Below, piece after piece: positions 1-9,215 of a stretch of DNA of 64,000 bases. The notes under the pieces were generated by a model. That model was not told where the DNA came from, searched no databases, and saw nothing but the letters and a program-made list of their open reading frames with translations. A program made the translations under genes and the position numbers. The DNA lies in the NCBI GenBank assembly GCA_021648085.1, contig JAKITS010000001.1, positions 816,064 through 880,063 on the forward strand, read 5' to 3'. The first letter of the stretch is position 1; every line of letters begins with the position of its first letter. Origin of the DNA: Candidatus Magasanikiibacteriota bacterium (lineage in GTDB: Bacteria; Patescibacteriota; Patescibacteriia; Magasanikbacterales; UBA922).

Positions 1-536
1 ATTAGTATCAACTGTCCCACCCTCAACCGAAGTTAAGAGGGGATGCACTTGATACTATCTTGTTCTTGTGGTTCAAGATAGGAATGTCACGAACGAGTCA
101 AAACCGTCTTGCGACAATGTTGTCTACATTTTCTACATCCATTCTATCTGTAGAACCGCTATACAATTTATTTTAGCCCATAATTTATAAAATTTAGCTC
201 CAAACTATTTTTTCTTAAATATCTTAGCTAAAGCTAAAGCTTATTAATAAAAAATTGTTTTCGCTTAAATTTTATTAAATTCTAACTAAAAGCAATTGTA
301 TAACGGATCTACCTCTAGAACATATACAAGAAATATACTAAAATTGTCTATTCCTTGAGTACAAGAATGTGTACTCGGATCGCCCAAAAATCTCTCTCCT
401 TTTACTTGGGCAATACGCGTAATCACAATTTAAATGTTCTTTTGTCGAATATTTCGACAGATTTAGGTGCTAACTGTTTGCCTTGGCGCCATTAATATAT
501 TGCTCCCAAGTATGTAACACCCAAGTCTGTAAAAAT

Positions 537-566
537 AAAACACTCTCTTGGTGGAGAGAGTGTTTT
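537..566. terminator. bidirectional intrinsic terminator
   Basis: aaaacactctcttggtggagagagtgtttt. Confidence 0.7.
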
Positions 567-671
567 ATTGCCTTTATACGGCTTTTATCAGTATGATTCT
601 ACTTTTGGCTCTCTCCTTCCAAATGTAGATAAGTTTTAAAATTTTGTTTATCAACTATTTAATTCATAATA

Positions 672-730
672 AATCATTTAATTGATAAATCAGTATACCA
701 TTCTTTGACTCTTTTGTCAAGTCTTTTGCC
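672..730. repeat. about 58-bp direct repeat (second copy 1166-1228) containing palindrome TTGACTCTTTTGTCAA
   Basis: aaatcatttaattgataaatcagtataccattctttgactcttttgtcaagtctttt vs caatcatttaattgatatataactataccactttttggctcttttgtcaagtcttttt. Confidence 0.75.
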
Positions 731-899
731 TCCATTTTTGTCTTTTCCCTAGGGGAATTAGCTTTTTCCGGTTTCTTTCTTTTTATAAAGGTTTACTGTT
801 TTTTTGTAATTTGCTTCTTCATTTTAATGAAGATAATTCATAAATTCTTGTATTTTTCTTAGAATTTATAAATTATTCTCAATAAATGATGTTTTTTGT

Positions 900-1090
900 G
901 TTTTAGTGATATTTTCACGAGATCCCAGCCTGCCGGCAGGCACGGCTTCGACTTCGCTCAGGATGGCGTGATGGAAAGGTGATGTTGTCCCGAGATCCTT
1001 CGGCTGTCGCTCAGGATGACGTGGTTTTATTCACATCATATTAAGCTGAATATAGTGGAGTCGAAACAAACCAGCCAACAGGCACAGTAT
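900..1090. repeat. MITE-like repeat family copy (X units with cctgccggcagg insertion)
   Basis: cgagatcccagcctgccggcaggcacggcttcgacttcgctcaggatggcgtg ... ccgagatccttcggctgtcgctcaggatgacgtg. Confidence 0.8.
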
Positions 1091-1269
1091 CTCGAAGCTT
1101 TATCACCAGAACTATAAATATTCAATGTTCTTTTGTTTTAAACTTAAAGGTACTTATTTCGGCTTATCAATCATTTAATTGATATATAACTATACCACTT
1201 TTTGGCTCTTTTGTCAAGTCTTTTTAACTCTATTTGGCTTATTTTAGCCAAATTTTATATTGATATTTT

Positions 1270-1490
1270 TTGGTTTTTGTGATATTGTTTCGAGATCCTT
1301 CGACTTCGCTCAGGATGACGTGTGTATGTTTTATGTTTTGTTTAGGACGACATGTGAGTATTTTGTGCTTTGCTCCGTTCGGAATGACGTTTTTTATTCA
1401 CGTCATATTGAGCTTCACCTCGTGGAGTTAAAAATAAAAGCTCACGTCATATTGAGCGGAACGAAGTGGAGTCGAAATATCTCGTGTTTG
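1270..1490. repeat. MITE-like repeat family copy
   Basis: tcgagatccttcgacttcgctcaggatgacgtg (1292-1322), hairpin atgacgt..acgtcat, and acgtcatattgagcggaacgaagtggagtcgaaatatctcg (about 1445-1485). Confidence 0.85.
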
Positions 1491-1530
1491 TTTTATTATT
1501 TTTTACTCCTTAGTTTATAAGACAAAATCC

Positions 1531-1559
1531 TTGACAAAATAGAACAATTCATTTATAAT
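1531..1559 (+). promoter_or_regulatory. sigma70-type promoter (TTGACA-17 bp-TATAAT) for rpsT
   Basis: ttgaca at 1531-1536, 17-nt spacer, tataat at 1554-1559, about 30 nt upstream of rpsT ATG. Confidence 0.7.
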
Positions 1560-1588
1560 GCCTGTGTTTAATAAACTTCAAGAAAATT

Positions 1589-1858
1589 ATGCCAAATAAA
1601 GATAATGCCAAAAAGGCACTAAGACAATCAATTAAAAGAGCTCTCAGAAACAAAAAAGTAAAAATAGCTTACAAAGAAGCTGTGAAAAATGTAGATAAAG
1701 CTATTTTAGCTGGATCAAAAGATCTAACAGCATTAGTTGTGAAAGCTCAAAAGAAATTGGATAAAGCTGCAAAACTAAATGTAATCAGCAAAAATACTGC
1801 TGGAAGAAAAGTAGCAAGATTGATGAGAAAAATGTCAAAAGTTAAGGTCGCAAAGTAA
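1589..1858 (+). CDS. rpsT: 30S ribosomal protein S20
   Basis: 89 aa, basic, N-term MPNKDNAKKALRQSIKRALRNKK matches S20 family; consensus sigma70 promoter 1531-1559 upstream, hairpin terminator downstream. Confidence 0.9.
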   Translation: MPNKDNAKKALRQSIKRALRNKKVKIAYKEAVKNVDKAILAGSKDLTALVVKAQKKLDKAAKLNVISKNTAGRKVARLMRKMSKVKVAK

Positions 1859-1959
1859 AGAAATATTGTTTTAAAAAACCTCGATGTAATAATCAAGGTT
1901 TTTTTGTTTAAATAAAAAAGGGAATTGGCATTTTTTTAATTATTTATATTTTAGTGATA

Positions 1960-2140
1960 TTTCTACGAGATCCCTGCCTGCCGGCAGGAAGCGGAGTCGA
2001 AATGACGTGACTTAATATACGTCATCCTGAGCGGAGTGAAACGAAGTCGAAATATCTCGGGAAAGTATCATTAGAACTTTGAATATTTTATGTTCTAATG
2101 ATCCTGAATCGAGATCCTTCGACTTCGCTCAGGATGACGT
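1960..2140. mobile_element. MITE-like element (complete 122-bp copy 2019-2140 plus adjacent half-unit)
   Basis: ACGTCATCCTGAGCGGAGTGAAACGAAGTCGAAATATCTCGGG - 50-bp palindromic spacer - CGAGATCCTTCGACTTCGCTCAGGATGACGT. Confidence 0.8.
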
Positions 2141-2279
2141 TATGAGATAGCAAACTAAGTAAGAAAAAGAAGAGTGTTCTTTTTATATTTTGTCTTATAT
2201 TGTCTGTGCCATGTCTTATATTGTCTGTGCTATGTCTTTTCTTGTTCTAACCCAAAAGAATTAAGCAAGCATCAGCGAT

Positions 2280-3257
2280 TTATCCTTCTGCAAATTTTCC
2301 AACTAAAACATCTAAAAGTAAAGACTGGTCAACTTGGCCGGTTTTTATTTTTATATCAAAATCCAAAAGTTCTGAGTAGAAATTTTTTAAAGTATCTAGC
2401 GAATAATTATTCGCAGTTGATAAAGATTTTTGTGCCACATACGGATGCATCTTCAAAGTGACGGCAAGAGATTTGCTGTTTACTTGTCCATTTCTTTCTA
2501 CAAAATCTTTGATTTCTAACAAGATCCTACATTGACGCAAAAGCATAGCAAAAATATAAAGCGTATTTTCGCCTTTTTTGTATTGTTGGCGAATCATTGC
2601 ATAAGCATTTTTACTATTTTTATTTAAAATACTATCTATTAAATTGAAAATATTATCATCCGCCTTCTCTGCAACAAACAAATCTACATCTTTGTCTGTG
2701 ATCTCTTCACCATCTTTGTAATCCAAAAGTTGGTCGAGTAGGGAACTAGCTTGCCACATATCTATGGAATTTTTTGCAAGTTTGTTTGAAGCACTCCAAT
2801 TTATAGCACCACCTCTGCTTTGAGCTTCTTTTGCTATCCAACCTCCCAACTCATTTGACTTCAGGACGTCAAATTTGCGCGTGTAGGGCTGTTTGACTAG
2901 CAAAGACATAAGATTCTTCGCAACCTTCTTTTTTACAGTGTCTAAGCCGTCCCAAATCACTACAACATTTTTACTTTCTTTATCAAAAAAACCTTTTTTT
3001 AGGTGTTCTGCAAATAATTCAAAGAGTTTGTCTTGATTTGCAGCAAAAAAATTTTCCAGCACAATCATCTTTTTCTCCGCCAAAAAAGGAACGGTCAAAA
3101 CCTCGTTCCAAATAAACCCAATTTCTTTTGTCTTCTCGCAATCTATTTTTACAGTATTGAACCCTTCTAAATCACGCTTCTCCTTGAAACCTTTTATCAT
3201 TTGATTCAAATATTTTCTACTGCGAAAAGTGTCTTTGCCGTAAATAAAAATTATCAT
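2280..3257 (-). CDS. holA: DNA polymerase III delta subunit
   Basis: 325 aa; length and overall pattern typical of HolA (N-term MIIFIYGKDTF..., C-terminal helical domain); family call from pattern recognition, not a computed alignment. Confidence 0.7.
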   Translation of the reverse strand: MIIFIYGKDTFRSRKYLNQMIKGFKEKRDLEGFNTVKIDCEKTKEIGFIWNEVLTVPFLAEKKMIVLENFFAANQDKLFELFAEHLKKGFFDKESKNVVVIWDGLDTVKKKVAKNLMSLLVKQPYTRKFDVLKSNELGGWIAKEAQSRGGAINWSASNKLAKNSIDMWQASSLLDQLLDYKDGEEITDKDVDLFVAEKADDNIFNLIDSILNKNSKNAYAMIRQQYKKGENTLYIFAMLLRQCRILLEIKDFVERNGQVNSKSLAVTLKMHPYVAQKSLSTANNYSLDTLKNFYSELLDFDIKIKTGQVDQSLLLDVLVGKFAEG

Positions 3258-3295
3258 ATGTACTTATTCTAGTTTAATACCTTGCTATTGACAAG

Positions 3296-3395
3296 TAAAC
3301 AAAAGATGAATCACTTAGTTTGATGAATCGTTATACTTGATAAATCATTTTCGCTTCGCTGGATTTGATAAATCGCTTCGCTTGGATAAGACAGG
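3296..3395. repeat. short repeat family 2 (TTGATGAATCGCTTCGCTTG-like), multiple units
   Basis: gatgaatcacttagtttgatgaatcg...ttgataaatcattttcgcttcgctggatttgataaatcgcttcgcttgg; relatives at 7925-7972, 9105-9215, 20425-20470. Confidence 0.7.
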
Positions 3396-3456
3396 GAATT
3401 GACAAACTTTGTTTTTTATGTTTAAATATTACGACCTCAAATCAAAGGAGTAGGCA

Positions 3457-4023
3457 ATGAGAAAGTTCTTTTCAGCAATATTCGTGTTCTCAATTTTAAC
3501 TTTGTTTTGTTTTCCAATTTTTGGGCAGGGCTATGTTAGTTTGGAAACTGAAGTTTCAGTTCAAAATAATGTGGCCAGTATAAACACACTCGGGTATGCC
3601 GAGGTCGACAACATATTTATATTTGCTTCTGTTAGTGAAAATTTTTCGCAAGTTTATGGAGGACTAACAATCTCCGCCAACGAATTGTCTGCCGGCGCAG
3701 GAATAGGCGTGACAGGTGAAAATAATTTTAGAACTGCTTTATTTACTAGTTGGAGAGAAAAGTACTATTCTTTTTCGGCTGTAGGTGAAATGGATTTGAG
3801 TGAAGACTCAAAAGGAAACTTCTTTTACATTTTAAAATTCTTGACATATTCTCCAGAAAACATACTTAGATACGGATGGGTTTTAAGAAGGTTTAATGGT
3901 TTTGGACCACTTCTCGAATTCAATTTTGGTAGCCATATCACGGTCTGGAGTTCGCCGGTAATGTACGGCATCTTGGAAACAGGAAAAGTCAGCTCCATGT
4001 TTGGACTACGGATAAAAAACTAG
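3457..4023 (+). CDS. hypothetical secreted protein (N-terminal signal peptide)
   Basis: 188 aa, hydrophobic N-term MRKFFSAIFVFSILTLFCFPIFGQG; Gly/Ser/Asn-rich; followed by strong hairpin terminator 4028-4060. Confidence 0.5.
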   Translation: MRKFFSAIFVFSILTLFCFPIFGQGYVSLETEVSVQNNVASINTLGYAEVDNIFIFASVSENFSQVYGGLTISANELSAGAGIGVTGENNFRTALFTSWREKYYSFSAVGEMDLSEDSKGNFFYILKFLTYSPENILRYGWVLRRFNGFGPLLEFNFGSHITVWSSPVMYGILETGKVSSMFGLRIKN

Positions 4024-4027
4024 AAAC

Positions 4028-4060
4028 CAAAACCGTCTCGATACTTCGAGACGGTTTTTT
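4028..4060 (+). terminator. intrinsic terminator
   Basis: aaaaccgtctcgatacttcgagacggttttttt. Confidence 0.8.
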
Positions 4061-4084
4061 TATTTCTTATTTATATTTTAATTG

Positions 4085-4395
4085 TTCTGTGGCGAGATCC
4101 TTCGGCTTCGCTCAGGATGACGTATTTAACTTTTTACTTTATAGACTTTACGAACTTTCTACTCTGTCATCCTAAACTCGATTAGGGATCCAGAGTTTGT
4201 ATCACAATATAATTATTACAGTTTGTGTATTTTTATATAAAAATAATTCTGGTTTGTAGACTCCTAGATTCCCAGTCGAGCTGAGAATGACAGAAAACCC
4301 AACGCACGTCATATGGAGCGGAGTGAAACGGAGTCGAAAATTTAACACACGTCATATTGAGCGGAACGAAGTGGAGTCGAAATATCTCAGTTTAG
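4085..4395. repeat. MITE-like repeat family units plus Z module (ggattcccagtcgagctgagaatgacag)
   Basis: gcgagatccttcggcttcgctcaggatgacgta (about 4092-4124), Z module about 4268-4300, two Y-prime units about 4305-4390. Confidence 0.8.
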
Positions 4396-4439
4396 TATTA
4401 TTAAAATATAAATAATTAAATTAAAACTTTAGCCTTTTT

Positions 4440-7139
4440 TTATTTTAATTCACCCCAATTTTTGGCATGGCACGTATGAATTTCGAGTGGTGCCAACATT
4501 TTTGTGCTGTGATCAAAATGTTGCACAGTTTGCATTACCTCTTCTACAACTTTTGTCACTTTGTTTACCAAACTGCTTTTTACCTCAAAAATCAATTCGT
4601 CGTGAACTTGCAAAACTATTTTTACATCTTCAAGTTTAAAATTTTTCTTTAATCTTTTGTCAATTTCTATCATCGCAAGTTTGAGCATATCAGCTGCTGT
4701 TCCCTGAATTGGCATATTTACTGCCATTCGCTCACCAGAGTTTCTCACCTGAAAATTTGATGCTCTCAATTCTGGAATATATCTGCGTCTTCCAAAAAAA
4801 GTTTCAACATATCCAAGTTTTTTTGCAGAATCCAAAGTTTCGTCTATATATTTTTTGACACCTTCAAATTCCTCAAAATATTTTTTTATAAATTCTTTTG
4901 CTTGTTCGTTGGAAATTCCTGTTCTGCTCGCCAAACCATATGAACCCATTCCATACAAAACACCAAAATTTACCTCTTTGGCACGACTTCGCATTGTTTT
5001 TGTAACCTCATCTTCTGACACACCGTTTATCGCTGCCGCAGTTGCTGTGTGAATGTCTTTTCCTTCGTTAAAAATCTCCAACATCTTTTTATCTTTTGCA
5101 AGCGAAGCCACAATTCTAAGCTCAATCTGCGAATAGTCGGCTGAAACCAGTTCAAAACCACTCGGTGTGCTAAAAGCCGTACGAATTTCTCTGCCAATTT
5201 CCGAACGCGTAGGAATATTCTGCAAATTTGGTTTTGAGCTAGAAAGTCTACCGGTTGTTGTCACGGCTTGATTAAAATCTGTATGAATTCTATTTGTATT
5301 TTTATTTATAATTTTTGGCAAAGCATCTACATAAGTATTTTTCAATTTTGACAATTCACGAAACTCCTCTATAAGTGGAATTATGTTGTGAAAACTTCGC
5401 AATTTATTCAATTCGCTAGAAGCAGTGGAGTAGCCAGTTTTACCTTTTTTAATTCCAGCGGTTGACAAAGCCAAATCTTTGAACAAAATATCGCGAAGCT
5501 GAACAGACGAGGCAATATTAAAATCTTTTCCTGCCAATTTATGTATTTTTTCAGTTGTTTTTTCCAATTTTGCGTTTATTTGTTTTGCCAATTTATTTAA
5601 TTTTTCTTTATCAACAAATATTCCATTTAGTTCTATTTGCGCCAAAACTTTTATCAACGGCATTTCAATTTTATGAAACAAATCATCATTTTTCTGTTCT
5701 TTCAAAAATTTATGATATTCTTCGTAAAGTCTGAAAAAATATTCAACCCCCTCATGTACGACTTCTGTACCATCATCAAACAAACTCGTTTGAACATTTT
5801 CTTTTATTTCTTTTCCAAGTTCTCTTGCAACAATACTTTTCAAATCGTGAGCACGGGTGCTAGAATTTGTTAAATACGAAGCAATCATCAAATCAAAAAG
5901 TTTGTTTTTAATTTCAATTCTATTTACTAACAAAATTTTTGTAAGTTGTTTTAGATTATGCCCAAAAAGCAAATTATCCCCAGAAAACAAAGAATAAAAA
6001 GTTTTCTTTTGATCATTTTCAAAAGCACGAAAATCGAAAAAATAATTTTCATTTTTAATTCCACACGCAAATCCTATCAATTTATTTCCTAAAACATCTT
6101 CATTTCCTAAAATTTCTTTACAAAAAAATTCTTTTTCTTTTTTTAATTTTGAAACTATTTTTTCTACATCTTCTACTGAAACTTTTACAATTTCTCTTTT
6201 TTCTTTTTCGGTAGATTTTGTTGGAAGATCTTTTTCCTCGTCGCCAAACATCGCAGAAGCGCGTTTTACCAAACTATTAAATCCAAAACCATTGAACAAA
6301 GCCACAACTTCTTCCAAATCTATTGTTTGTGTCTCGGCATCTTTTACTTTGAAATTTAGACCTTTTACATCTGTCACAATTGTTGCCAATTTTTTACTCA
6401 AAAAAGCCATTTCCTTGTCTGCTTTTAGCAGTTTTACAGTTCGCGGTTTTATTCCTTTTTCTTCCAAACTATCTATTTGCTCATAAATTTTCTCCAAATT
6501 CCCAATTTTAGAAAGCAGTTCATTTGCGCCTTTATCTCCAATTCCTTTTACTCCTGGAATATTATCAGATGGATCGCCTTTTAAAGATTTAAAATCAACC
6601 ATCATTTCTGGTGCAAAACCAAATTTTTCTTTTACAGCCTTTTCATCGAACATTACCACATCTGTTATTCCTTTGCGGATCAAATATACATGGATATTTT
6701 CATCTACCAACTGCAATAAATCTTTATCGCCACTTGAGATTATAACCTGCCCATCCCACTTTTTACTTAAATCTTTTGCAATTGTTCCTATCACATCATC
6801 AGCCTCAAAACCTGCTTTTTGATAAATTGGAATATCAAAAGCCTTCACAACTTCGTGCACAAGTGGAATTTGATCATATAATTCTTGGTCTGTCTTTACC
6901 CGCTTTACCTTATATTCTTTGTACAGATCATCTCGAAAAGTCTTTTTTGCAACATCAAAACTCACAGCCAAATATTCTGGTTTTATAGTATCCAAAACCT
7001 TCAAAAGCATAGAAGCAAAACCATACACAGCGTTCACCTGCACGCCAGCTTTGGTAGTAAACGGAGGAAGCGCGTGATAAGCTCTGTGGATTATCGCATT
7101 CCCATCTATAATTACAAATTTTTCTTTTTTATTAGTCAT
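4440..7139 (-). CDS. polA: DNA polymerase I
   Basis: 899 aa; N-terminal 5'-3' exonuclease domain, C-terminal family A polymerase motifs (DYSQIELR, QVHDELIFEV); 3'-5' exo motifs appear degenerate. Confidence 0.95.
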   Translation of the reverse strand: MTNKKEKFVIIDGNAIIHRAYHALPPFTTKAGVQVNAVYGFASMLLKVLDTIKPEYLAVSFDVAKKTFRDDLYKEYKVKRVKTDQELYDQIPLVHEVVKAFDIPIYQKAGFEADDVIGTIAKDLSKKWDGQVIISSGDKDLLQLVDENIHVYLIRKGITDVVMFDEKAVKEKFGFAPEMMVDFKSLKGDPSDNIPGVKGIGDKGANELLSKIGNLEKIYEQIDSLEEKGIKPRTVKLLKADKEMAFLSKKLATIVTDVKGLNFKVKDAETQTIDLEEVVALFNGFGFNSLVKRASAMFGDEEKDLPTKSTEKEKREIVKVSVEDVEKIVSKLKKEKEFFCKEILGNEDVLGNKLIGFACGIKNENYFFDFRAFENDQKKTFYSLFSGDNLLFGHNLKQLTKILLVNRIEIKNKLFDLMIASYLTNSSTRAHDLKSIVARELGKEIKENVQTSLFDDGTEVVHEGVEYFFRLYEEYHKFLKEQKNDDLFHKIEMPLIKVLAQIELNGIFVDKEKLNKLAKQINAKLEKTTEKIHKLAGKDFNIASSVQLRDILFKDLALSTAGIKKGKTGYSTASSELNKLRSFHNIIPLIEEFRELSKLKNTYVDALPKIINKNTNRIHTDFNQAVTTTGRLSSSKPNLQNIPTRSEIGREIRTAFSTPSGFELVSADYSQIELRIVASLAKDKKMLEIFNEGKDIHTATAAAINGVSEDEVTKTMRSRAKEVNFGVLYGMGSYGLASRTGISNEQAKEFIKKYFEEFEGVKKYIDETLDSAKKLGYVETFFGRRRYIPELRASNFQVRNSGERMAVNMPIQGTAADMLKLAMIEIDKRLKKNFKLEDVKIVLQVHDELIFEVKSSLVNKVTKVVEEVMQTVQHFDHSTKMLAPLEIHTCHAKNWGELK

Positions 7140-7194
7140 AGACTGTATTGTATCACTTTTACAAACAGTTTCAAGACATAATCTTTTTACTACT

Positions 7195-7760
7195 GTTTAT
7201 CATTTCTAGCTTAACCAGAAATCAACCGATCCCCAAGCTGAGGATGACAAGAAGGATATAATGATAGATGATACAGATTCGTGTGTAAACTCATTCCTTA
7301 CTTAATCTGCTCAATCTACTTTTCTCTCACGTCATCCCGAACGAAGCGAAGCCGAGCTTGAGGGATCTCGAGACAGAATAACAAAAACATTAAATAGTGA
7401 AACAAATACGAGATATTTCGGCTCTACTTCGTTCCGCTCAATATGACGTGAATAAAAAACGTCATCCTAAGCGAAGCTGAAGGATCTCGTGAAAGAATAA
7501 TAAGAACAAAAAATAGTAAAACAAACACGAGATCCTTCGGCTCCACTCCGTTCCGCTCAATATGACGTGAATAAAAAACGTCATCCTGAGCGAAATGGAG
7601 CAAAGCGGAATGAAGTCGAAGGATCTCGAGACAGTATCACAAAAGGAAAAAATATATTAACCCTTGAAAAGATATTAAAAATATGTTATATTTGTGTTGA
7701 GTAAGTGTACTAATGAATTAAAAACGAGATCCTTCGGCTATCGCTCAGGATGACGTGATT
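7195..7760. mobile_element. array of three tandem MITE-like copies plus leader segment (about 565 bp)
   Basis: copies 7329-7449, 7459-7568, 7578-7755 joined by gaataaaaa linkers; 7218-7470 about 85% identical to 19128-19400. Confidence 0.85.
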
Positions 7761-7847
7761 AATTTGTGACTTTCGACTTTATAGACTTTTGACTTTTTTA
7801 CTTAGTCTGCCTAGTCTGCTTAATCGTTAATCTGCTTTTTCTCCAAT

Positions 7848-7922
<75 letters not shown>

Positions 7923-8035
7923 AGATCGTGTAACTTCGTTCGTTTGATCTATCGCTTCGCTTGAAAGAAAAAATATACAAAAATAAAAAAAGCCTTGGAT
8001 GTTTAGTCCGAGGCTTTTGGCTTTTTAGCTTATTT

Positions 8036-8647
8036 TCATTTTGCTAGAAGCCATCTATGTAACTTGGCAAAGGTAATGTATTTCTTCTGGAAACTAACTA
8101 CAATCCTCACTGTAGCTTTTATTAGTTTTTTCAAACCAACCAAAGTAAACACAATAATTTCACCCATTATTGCGAAAAGTACAAAACCTACACAAAGTAA
8201 AAGTCCATAAACCATTCCAAACCAAACACCATAAGCAATTGAACACAAAAATCCAAATCCCAAAATTGCAAATACAGGCTCGTTCTGTTTGTGTTCAAAT
8301 ACTATTCTATAAGTTAATACCAAAATAAAAACACAAATTGGAACAAAAAGTAGATCCCACCATCTACTTTGGAAAGTTTCAATAAATAGACTTGGAACCA
8401 ATTTTAGCAATACTCCATGAATACTATACTCATAATAAACATAATCAACCACCAAATTGCTTTCAGCAAAATACTGAAAGATGCTCAAAACCACAAGAGT
8501 GATGACCGTTGAAATCATGGCAAAACGCCACATCAATTTCACTGTTCTTTTCCACTCCATTTTTTTCTTATTTTCTTCTGCTTTTCTCCACATCTCTTCT
8601 GCTTGCTCTTCACTAGAAACATAAACAACATTGATGTCTTCAGACAT
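8036..8647 (-). CDS. hypothetical polytopic membrane protein
   Basis: 203 aa, 4-5 hydrophobic helices; consensus minus-strand promoter (TTGACA-17-TATACT) at 8727-8755. Confidence 0.5.
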   Translation of the reverse strand: MSEDINVVYVSSEEQAEEMWRKAEENKKKMEWKRTVKLMWRFAMISTVITLVVLSIFQYFAESNLVVDYVYYEYSIHGVLLKLVPSLFIETFQSRWWDLLFVPICVFILVLTYRIVFEHKQNEPVFAILGFGFLCSIAYGVWFGMVYGLLLCVGFVLFAIMGEIIVFTLVGLKKLIKATVRIVVSFQKKYITFAKLHRWLLAK

Positions 8648-8726
8648 GTTCTTCTCCGTGTTTAGGCATTTTCATGCCTATTTAAGTTTAGACTGGGTTA
8701 GACTGGGATTGTAAGGAACTTCGATA

Positions 8727-8755
8727 AGTATAGCACAAAAAAAGGGTTTTGTCAA
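8727..8755 (-). promoter_or_regulatory. sigma70-type promoter (TTGACA-17-TATACT) on minus strand
   Basis: revcomp of 8727-8755 reads ttgacaaaaccctttttttgtgctatact. Confidence 0.65.
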
Positions 8756-8778
8756 GCTAAAAGCAGTGATTTTACAAA

Positions 8779-8808
8779 CAAAAAAGAACTTTTTAAAAAG
8801 TTCTTTTT
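8779..8808. terminator. bidirectional intrinsic terminator
   Basis: aaaaaagaactttttaaaaagttctttttt. Confidence 0.7.
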
Positions 8809-8859
8809 TGTTTTTACACTCAATTTACTACACTTTCCTCTATCATCCTCAACTTAATT

Positions 8860-9081
8860 AAAAATCCAAGGTCTACAAACCAGAACTGTGATTCAAACCC
8901 TGGATTCCCAGTCAAGCTGAGAATGACAAAAAAATCCGTACGTCATATTGAGCGGAGTGAAACGGAGTCGAAATATCTCGTGAAAGTATTATCCAAATTA
9001 TGAATATTTAAAGTCTTATGATTTTATTTCGAGATCCGTTCGACTTCATTCCGCTTTGCTGCATTCCGCTCAGGATGACGT
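8860..9081. mobile_element. Z module + complete MITE-like copy (8940-9081)
   Basis: ggattcccagtcaagctgagaatgacaaaaaaatcc then ACGTCATATTGAGCGGAGTGAAACGGAGTCGAAATATCTCG - spacer - CGAGATCCGTTCGACTTCATTCCGCTTTGCTGCATTCCGCTCAGGATGACGTG. Confidence 0.85.
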
Positions 9082-9104
9082 GTTTATTTTTACTTTTTCT
9101 TTTT

Positions 9105-9215
9105 TATTCTAATCTAAACGAACGAAGTGAGTGATTTATCAAGCAGGCGAAGCCTAGCGATTCACCAAATGGAGCGCAAGCGGAATGATTCATCAAGCGT
9201 AAGCGATCCATCATT
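9105..9215. repeat. short repeat family 2 copy cluster
   Basis: cgaacgaagtgagtgatttatcaagcaggcgaagcctagcgattcacc...gcgcaagcggaatgattcatcaagcgtaagcgatcc. Confidence 0.7.

Noticed and set aside
1-470. Window-edge structured region as possible tmRNA/RNase P RNA/SRP RNA
   Set aside because: Could not find T-arm/ACCA 3' end, tag-peptide reading frame, RNase P CR-I/CR-V, or SRP GGAA/AGCAG motifs by eye; left unclassified.
1260-1520. 86-aa ORF (and similar 26146-26361, 71 aa) translating ...IVSRSF(D/G)FAQDDVC...
   Set aside because: Both lie entirely inside repeat-family copies; the similar peptides reflect nucleotide repeat conservation, with no RBS or protein-like composition.
4467-7181. Multiple 60-100 aa ORFs antisense to polA (4467-4652, 4855-5052, 5637-5873, 6292-6486, 6776-6988, 6885-7181)
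   Set aside because: Embedded antisense in a well-supported 899-aa polA ORF; typical AT-rich shadow ORFs.
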